Assembly (NCBI GenBank): GCA_963723565.1
Contig: CAVRRH010000007.1
Location: 236,643-300,642, forward strand
Length of the DNA: 64,000 nucleotides
Direction: 5' to 3'
DNA from: an uncultured Gemmatimonadales bacterium
Lineage (GTDB): Bacteria; Gemmatimonadota; Gemmatimonadetes; Gemmatimonadales; GWC2-71-9
Shown: one piece after another, positions 58,886-64,000 of the stretch
Position numbering within the stretch: the stretch's first letter is position 1
Layout: the number at the start of each line of letters is the position of its first letter
Position numbers and translations under genes: made by a program
Notes under the pieces: model-generated
Seen by the model: only the letters and a program-made list of their open reading frames with translations
Database searches by the model: none
What the model was told of the DNA's origin: nothing

Positions 58886-60114
58886 CAGGCTCCCGCTCCT
58901 TCCGCCGCGCGCTTGGCGGTTCTGGGGTGCACCTCGACCTGGAACGCCATGATGCCGACCAGCGCTACGAACCCGCCTGCCACATAAAACGGCCAGCCGT
59001 GGCCAAGCCGCTGAAACAGCGTGGTTGCCAGCAAGGGTGCGCCCACCCGGGCCAGTCCCGCAAACGTCTGCGCGACGCCCATCGTGGTCCCCAGCTCCCC
59101 CGGCTCCGTTTGCCGGGACATGAGCGAGGTTGTCGCCGGAAACAGAAGAGCCGTCCCGATCGGCACCAACGGTATGACGAGTGCGAGTGTCCAGAGATCG
59201 CGAGGAAGCGGGTACAGCGCAAGACCGAGCACCAGGAGACCGGTCCCGAGCCGCATCGCCCAGATCTCGCCGATACGGTCGACGATCGGCCCGAGCAGCA
59301 CGCTCCGCATCACGAAGGAGAGCATCCCGACGTACAGGAAGACGTAGCCGATATTGGTCTCATCGAGACCAAACTCGGCTCCCAGGTACAGCGCCAGGAT
59401 CGAGGTCATGGAGGAGAACGCGATCATGCCGACTCCGTAAATCCAGAGCAGCCGGCCGATCGGCGAAGTCGGATGCCGCAGCGCCATCCATGCTGGATGC
59501 CATATCGGCCTCCTGACGCCAGCGACCGCCGGCCTGGATCCCTTTCGCGATTCCGGCAGCCATTTCCAGGTAAAGATGACGTTGATGAGGCAGAGCGCGG
59601 CGGCAATGATCCCCGGAGCCGCCTGTCCGAAGTGCGCCGCGGATGAACCGATCGCGGGACCGACCATCACGCCCGCCGAGGTTGCCGCGGAGAGCCAGCC
59701 GAGGGCGCGCGCCCGATCCCCGGGAGCGACGGTGTCGGCCACATACGCCTGCGCCACTCCGGTCGTGCCCCCGCCCGCGCCCTGCACCACGCGGGAGAGG
59801 AAGAGCAGCCACACGCTGTCGGCCAGCCCGAACACCAGATAAGCCAGGGCCGACGCGCTCAAGCCGATCAGGAGCGCCGGCCGGCGGCCATAACGGTCGG
59901 AGACTCGTCCCCAGAGCGGCGCCGCCACCAGCTGGGCGACGGAGTACGAGGCGATAAGTTGCCCGACGATCTCGGGCGTCGCATTCAGCTTGAGGGCGTA
60001 GAAGGGGAGCAGCGGGAGCACGATCATGAAGCCGATCATGTCCACAAAGTTGACCCCGATGAGCACCGCGAGGCGGCGGAACTGGCTGGGAGAGCCAAGC
60101 GCCGAGTCGGTCAT
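58885..60114 (-). CDS. MFS transporter (DHA1-like)
   Basis: 409 aa from ATG 60114 (MTDSALGS..), 12 predicted helices, and the GRVSDRYGRRP motif between TM2 and TM3. ATGA overlap with the upstream permease. Confidence 0.8.
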   Translation of the reverse strand: MTDSALGSPSQFRRLAVLIGVNFVDMIGFMIVLPLLPFYALKLNATPEIVGQLIASYSVAQLVAAPLWGRVSDRYGRRPALLIGLSASALAYLVFGLADSVWLLFLSRVVQGAGGGTTGVAQAYVADTVAPGDRARALGWLSAATSAGVMVGPAIGSSAAHFGQAAPGIIAAALCLINVIFTWKWLPESRKGSRPAVAGVRRPIWHPAWMALRHPTSPIGRLLWIYGVGMIAFSSMTSILALYLGAEFGLDETNIGYVFLYVGMLSFVMRSVLLGPIVDRIGEIWAMRLGTGLLVLGLALYPLPRDLWTLALVIPLVPIGTALLFPATTSLMSRQTEPGELGTTMGVAQTFAGLARVGAPLLATTLFQRLGHGWPFYVAGGFVALVGIMAFQVEVHPRTAKRAAEGAGA

Positions 60115-61772
60115 CCGCCGCTGCTTCCCTGATCGGCGCCCAGGGCGAACACCGCGGCGCTCACGGCCATCAGCACCACCCCGTATGCCGCGGCGACGCC
60201 CACGTCGGACTGCCGCAGGCTGGACAGGATCTCGAGCGAGATGGGACGGGTGTCGTAGGTGTACAGCATGATGGAAGTAACGAAGTCGCCGAACGCGGTT
60301 ACGAAGGCCAGGCTCGCGCCGGCCACGATCGCCGGCCGCAGCAGCGGCAGGGTAACCCGCCGAAGCGTGCGCCAGCGTCCCGCTCCGAGGGTGGCGGCCG
60401 CCTCGTCGAGGGAGGGATCCAGCGAGCGGAAGCCGGCGATGATTGCCCGGCTGGTGATCGGTAAGTTCCTGACGAGGTATGCCAACGGAAGGATCCAGAG
60501 GGTCCCAATCAGAACGAAGCGTCCCGCCAGCGGAGCCCGGAGGCTGAAGGTGGTGGCCAGGGCAATGGCGAAGACGGTTCCCGGCACTGCCCACGGCAGG
60601 GCCAGCAGCGCTTCGATCGCGCCCCGCCCGCGTACCCGCCGGCGCACTGTCAGGACCCCGGCCGCAATGGCGATCCCCACTGCCGCCGCGGTCGATGCGA
60701 TCGCGAGCCACAAGCTGTTGAGCAGCGGCCGAGCCCGGACGGGGTCCTCCACCAGGGTCAGATAGTTCCGCCAGGTATACGCCGGAGGCAGCGGCTCGGT
60801 GGTCCAGGTACCGAGCGGAACGAACGACACCAGGAGAAGTGTCAGGTGGGGCAACAGAAGTAGCACGGCGAACCCCCAGCCGAGCAGGCCGAGAGCCAAC
60901 CTGACATCCCGGCCCTGAACCCGCACTCGCATGGGAGCCATTCCCTTGCGCCCGCCGGCGGCGTTGTCGAACACCCGGGAGCCACGGAGCAGCCACAGGG
61001 CGACCAGCGCCACCAGCGTGAGCGAGACGGTTTCGATCATGGCGAGCTCGTTGTCGCCATTGAGCCGGGTCGCCACGATCTGGGTGGTCATGACCCGGAA
61101 CCCGCCACCGAAGATGTAAGGCGCGCTGAACGAGGCGAGCGACGTCATGAACGTCAGGAGCGCCGCGCCGCCGAGCGCGGGGTAGAGGAGCGGCAGAACC
61201 ACACGGCGCAACGTGCGCCACCGTCCCGCGCCCAGGCTGGCCGCGGCCTCGAGCACCGAGGCATCGAGCGATGCGAGTCCCGCACGGGTGAACAGATAGA
61301 AGTACACGTACATCGAGTAGGCGTGGACCAGGAGAATTGCGCCGGCGCCCTCGAGCGCCCAGGGCGACTGGTCCAGACCGAGCAGTCGTTGAATCAGGAG
61401 GGAGACGAACCCGCTTTCGCCGTAGAGAAAAAGGAACGCGATGACCCCGACGAGCGGTGGGAGAACGGCCGGCAGCGCCACCAGCCAGCCCAGGATTCGC
61501 CGCCCGGGGAAGTCGTAGCGTCCGAACAGGAATGCCAGCGGGATTCCGATCAGCGCCGCGAGGACCACGCTCGCGAGCGAGATCCACAGGCTCCCCCAGA
61601 GGGCCCGCCCCTCGTTTCGATGCTGGAGGAATAGCCGGACAAAATCGAGGGTCCAGCCTTGCGGTCCCCGGAACCCCTCGATGAGGACGAGGACGAGTGG
61701 ATAGACGATGAGCCACGTGAGCAAGAGGAGGAGTGCCGCTCCCAGCAGATCGACCCGCCTGCCGCGCGTCAC
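60111..61772 (-). CDS. ABC transporter permease, duplicated (FbpB/ThiP-like, iron(III)/thiamine type)
   Basis: 553-aa ORF with two tandem permease halves, each carrying an EAA-like loop (LEAAASLGAGRWRTLRRVVLP and DEAAATLGAGRWRTLRRVTLP). Confidence 0.82.
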   Translation of the reverse strand: MTRGRRVDLLGAALLLLLTWLIVYPLVLVLIEGFRGPQGWTLDFVRLFLQHRNEGRALWGSLWISLASVVLAALIGIPLAFLFGRYDFPGRRILGWLVALPAVLPPLVGVIAFLFLYGESGFVSLLIQRLLGLDQSPWALEGAGAILLVHAYSMYVYFYLFTRAGLASLDASVLEAAASLGAGRWRTLRRVVLPLLYPALGGAALLTFMTSLASFSAPYIFGGGFRVMTTQIVATRLNGDNELAMIETVSLTLVALVALWLLRGSRVFDNAAGGRKGMAPMRVRVQGRDVRLALGLLGWGFAVLLLLPHLTLLLVSFVPLGTWTTEPLPPAYTWRNYLTLVEDPVRARPLLNSLWLAIASTAAAVGIAIAAGVLTVRRRVRGRGAIEALLALPWAVPGTVFAIALATTFSLRAPLAGRFVLIGTLWILPLAYLVRNLPITSRAIIAGFRSLDPSLDEAAATLGAGRWRTLRRVTLPLLRPAIVAGASLAFVTAFGDFVTSIMLYTYDTRPISLEILSSLRQSDVGVAAAYGVVLMAVSAAVFALGADQGSSGG

Positions 61773-62833
61773 TCGACCGCTCGGGGAAAGAGGTGGATTC
61801 CGCCGCCCGCGCGCCGGCTGGGCATGATGCCCACCCGCTCGCCCGCCCTGACGGACCGGGGCGGCCCGATCACCTCGAGCGACGCTCCACCCTCAGTGAC
61901 GACCGTAAAGAGACTGGCGGGGCCGGTGAAGCGACGCTCGGTGACAGTCCCGATGAGGGCACCGGGCGTAAGCGGCATGAGCCGGAGGGCCTCAGGACGC
62001 ACCACCATGAGCGCGGGCCCACGAGGCGCTTCGCTCAGGTCGGTGAGGTCCCACTCGACGCCTTCAACCACCACCAGCAACCCTCGCTCGCCGGGCCCGA
62101 GCACGACGATTCCGATGCTGCTCGACCGGCCGACGAACTCAGCGACGAATTCGTTCGCCGGCGACGCGTACAAATCCTCGGGCGTGCCAACCTGCTCCAG
62201 GCGCCCTCCGCGAAGCACGGCTACCCGGTCGCCCAGATCGAAGGCCTCGTCCTGCTCATGGGTCACCAGCACCGTGGTGATTCCAACCCGCCGTATCAAC
62301 TCCCGGATCTCACGCCGGGTACGTTCACGTAACGAGGGGTCGAGATTCGACAGCGGTTCGTCGAGAAGGAGCACCCGGGGCTCCGGGGCCAGCGCCCGCG
62401 CCAGCGCCACTCGTTGCTGCTGCCCTCCAGAGAGCTGGCTGATGCGGCGGCGCTCGTACCCCACCAGGTCCACCAGCGTGAGCGCGCGGGCTACCCGCCG
62501 CTGGAGCTCTTCCCCACTCACCCCGAGCGACTCCAGCCCGAAAGCAATGTTTTCACCCACGTCCAGGTGGGGAAAGAGAGCGTAGTGCTGGAAGACCATG
62601 CCGAACCGCCGGGCCACCGGGTCTACTCCGGTCACGTCTTCGCCTTCGACCAGAACGCGCCCCTGATCCGGCTCCTCGAAGCCGGCCAGCAGCCGAAGCG
62701 TCGTGGTTTTCCCGCTTCCGCTCGGCCCCAGCAGGGCGAGCATCTCCCCCCGCTCGATGGAGAGCGAGAGCCCGTCAACAGCCACGGTGCCGTCGAAGCG
62801 TTTGGTGAGGGAGTCGAGGTGGAGGAAGGTCAC
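61769..62833 (-). CDS. ABC transporter ATP-binding protein (FbpC/PotA-like)
   Basis: GTG start. GPSGSGKTT, LSGGQQQRVALARAL, LLLDEP, and a C-terminal TOBE-like domain. Confidence 0.88.
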   Translation of the reverse strand: MTFLHLDSLTKRFDGTVAVDGLSLSIERGEMLALLGPSGSGKTTTLRLLAGFEEPDQGRVLVEGEDVTGVDPVARRFGMVFQHYALFPHLDVGENIAFGLESLGVSGEELQRRVARALTLVDLVGYERRRISQLSGGQQQRVALARALAPEPRVLLLDEPLSNLDPSLRERTRREIRELIRRVGITTVLVTHEQDEAFDLGDRVAVLRGGRLEQVGTPEDLYASPANEFVAEFVGRSSSIGIVVLGPGERGLLVVVEGVEWDLTDLSEAPRGPALMVVRPEALRLMPLTPGALIGTVTERRFTGPASLFTVVTEGGASLEVIGPPRSVRAGERVGIMPSRRAGGGIHLFPRAVE

Positions 62834-62845
62834 GGAGTGATAAGA

Positions 62846-62974
62846 CTATGGCTATTGGCTATTGGCTTACGCTGTGTTGGTTCTGCATTCTCCTCATCCT
62901 GAGCGCAGCGAAGGACCTCCTCTGGTGGCCTCCGAATCTGGTGGCGATTTCCGATCTCAAGTGAGCCAATGGCC
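62846..62974. repeat. composite repeat: CTATTGG tandem arm, single CCTCATCCTGAGCGCAGCGAAGGACCTCC core, short GAGCCAATGGCC arm
   Basis: CTATGGCTATTGGCTATTGGCT (62846-62867), core at 62892-62920, GTGAGCCAATGGCC (62961-62974). It fills the gap between the binding-protein and ATPase genes. Confidence 0.65.
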
Positions 62975-62975
62975 T

Positions 62976-64000
62976 TCATTCTTTTCCCGTCCCCCGTACA
63001 TGCTGGTCCCAGTAGCGCATCCACTCCGGTCCCCTAGTGGAGAGTAGACCCCAATCCATGTCGCTGACGACCATCTCCCGCTCCACCTCGGCCACCCAAT
63101 AGGGAACCGAATCGGCGGGGAGGTCACCGCGTGCCGGCAAGCGGAAGACCTCGCGCGCGGCCAGCAGCTGGGCTTCCTTGCTGCCCACGAAGTCGATAAA
63201 GGCTCGCGCCGCTTCGGGGTGTCGGCTGCCCCGCACCAGTCCAATGGCATCGTCGATGACCACGGTGCCGCTTCGGGGAAAAACGTAGCCCAGCGGCATC
63301 CCCTTTGCCGCGCTGATGAGGATATCCTGAAGGTCCCAGAGGCTCACCAATCCTTCCTGCCGGGCCAGCTTCTCGTACAGCAGGGCTGGGTTGATCGTGT
63401 AAGTCTTGGTCTGCCCGTCGAGGCGGCGAAGCCAGGCCATTCCGGAAGCGGTATCGCCGGTCTGGCGCAGACTGCGGACGAGGATCAGACCCCAGATGGC
63501 GCGCATCGTTCCGCTGGCCATGGGGTCGCGGATGATCACCTTGTTCTTCCAGCGGGGCTCCAGGATCTCGTCCCAGTCTCGAGGGGCCTCGGCCCGTGAC
63601 ACCGCCCGGCTGTTGAAGGCTATGACCGCCGGAGTCCGGTACACCGGGAAGTAGAGGTCGTTGGGCCCGATGCCTCGTTCGCTCACATGCTCGGCCCACG
63701 CGGGACGGTAGGGTGCCAGCAGCGAGTCCCGGATTCCGCGGTCGAAGATCGGGGCTGGTCCACCGAACCACACATCGGCCTGCGGGTTGACCCGCTCGAA
63801 GCGTACCCGATCGAGGATTTCCTGCGAACCCATGTCCAGCCAGCGCACGTCGATGTCGGGTCGCCGCTGTTCGAAAGCCCGCTCCAGCAGGGTCAGCTGA
63901 TCGCGACCATGTGGAGAGTAGAGTACAATGGGCGTTCGATCGTCGGGTGAACAGGCGGGAAGGACGGAAAGAGCGGGAAGGACGGGAAGGAAAGCAAGAC
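62976..64000 (-). CDS. ABC transporter periplasmic substrate-binding lipoprotein (iron(III)/thiamine type); 5' end outside window
   Basis: ORF 62976..63848 extends in frame to the window edge (..LAFLPVLPALSVLPAC SPDDRTPIVLYSPHGRDQLTLLERAFEQRRPDIDVRWLDMG..). The lipobox Cys codon is at 63953-63951. The signal-peptide codons coincide with a GGGAAGGAC tandem array. Confidence 0.8.
   Translation of the reverse strand, partial: LAFLPVLPALSVLPACSPDDRTPIVLYSPHGRDQLTLLERAFEQRRPDIDVRWLDMGSQEILDRVRFERVNPQADVWFGGPAPIFDRGIRDSLLAPYRPAWAEHVSERGIGPNDLYFPVYRTPAVIAFNSRAVSRAEAPRDWDEILEPRWKNKVIIRDPMASGTMRAIWGLILVRSLRQTGDTASGMAWLRRLDGQTKTYTINPALLYEKLARQEGLVSLWDLQDILISAAKGMPLGYVFPRSGTVVIDDAIGLVRGSRHPEAARAFIDFVGSKEAQLLAAREVFRLPARGDLPADSVPYWVAEVEREMVVSDMDWGLLSTRGPEWMRYWDQHVRGTGKE

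Noticed and set aside
58885-61716. 943-aa ORF on the minus strand that looks like a giant protein.
   Set aside because: Only its last 409 aa, from ATG 60114, are a coherent MFS transporter. The upstream ~530 aa are an off-frame read-through of the ABC permease gene (real frame 60111..61772) and are Arg/Pro/Gly-rich nonsense.

Overview
This is a 64-kb piece of a high-GC bacterial chromosome. GC was not computed; by eye it is in the mid to high 60s percent. The lineage cannot be named from the sequence; a soil Gemmatimonadota- or Acidobacteriota-like organism is only a guess.

Gene content is mostly core metabolism:
- Nitrogen assimilation: glnA-amtB-glnK on the plus strand, and a large gltB with no adjacent gltD.
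- Branched-chain amino acids: a seven-gene operon, leuA-ilvB-ilvN-ilvC-leuC-leuD-leuB, on the minus strand, with ilvD convergent on it.
- Other metabolism: scattered queuosine genes (queF, queC, queE), citrate synthase, and arginine decarboxylase.
- Transport: two ABC importers and an MFS pump.
- Peptidases: M28, M50-CBS, M1 and M3.
- Regulation and signalling: an ECF sigma/anti-sigma pair, a TetR-regulated acyl-CoA dehydrogenase, a GGDEF cyclase, a CGNR zinc-finger protein, a tandem pseudokinase-kinase, cspA and infA.

Four things stand out:
1. A very dense family of short-tandem-repeat palindromes, at least 18 loci. The arms are 3-7 copies of a locus-specific 7-10 nt unit mirrored by their reverse complement. 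They often enclose a conserved GTCAYCCYGAGCG..CGCTCRGGRTGAC core. They fill intergenic gaps exactly from stop codon to start codon, and in several cases lie inside coding sequence (ilvB, gltB, a DUF2339 protein, a lipoprotein signal peptide).
2. Two back-to-back attenuator-like leaders lie between the divergent leuA operon and gltB. One encodes a Leu/Val-rich leader peptide with terminator and antiterminator pairings.
3. Sigma54-type promoters precede uncharacterised genes.
4. Roughly three dozen single-base frameshifts are clustered in otherwise well-conserved housekeeping genes. I interpret these as indel errors, not decay.

Frameshifted genes are reported as merged spans. No rRNA, tRNA, CRISPR array, transposase or phage gene was seen.
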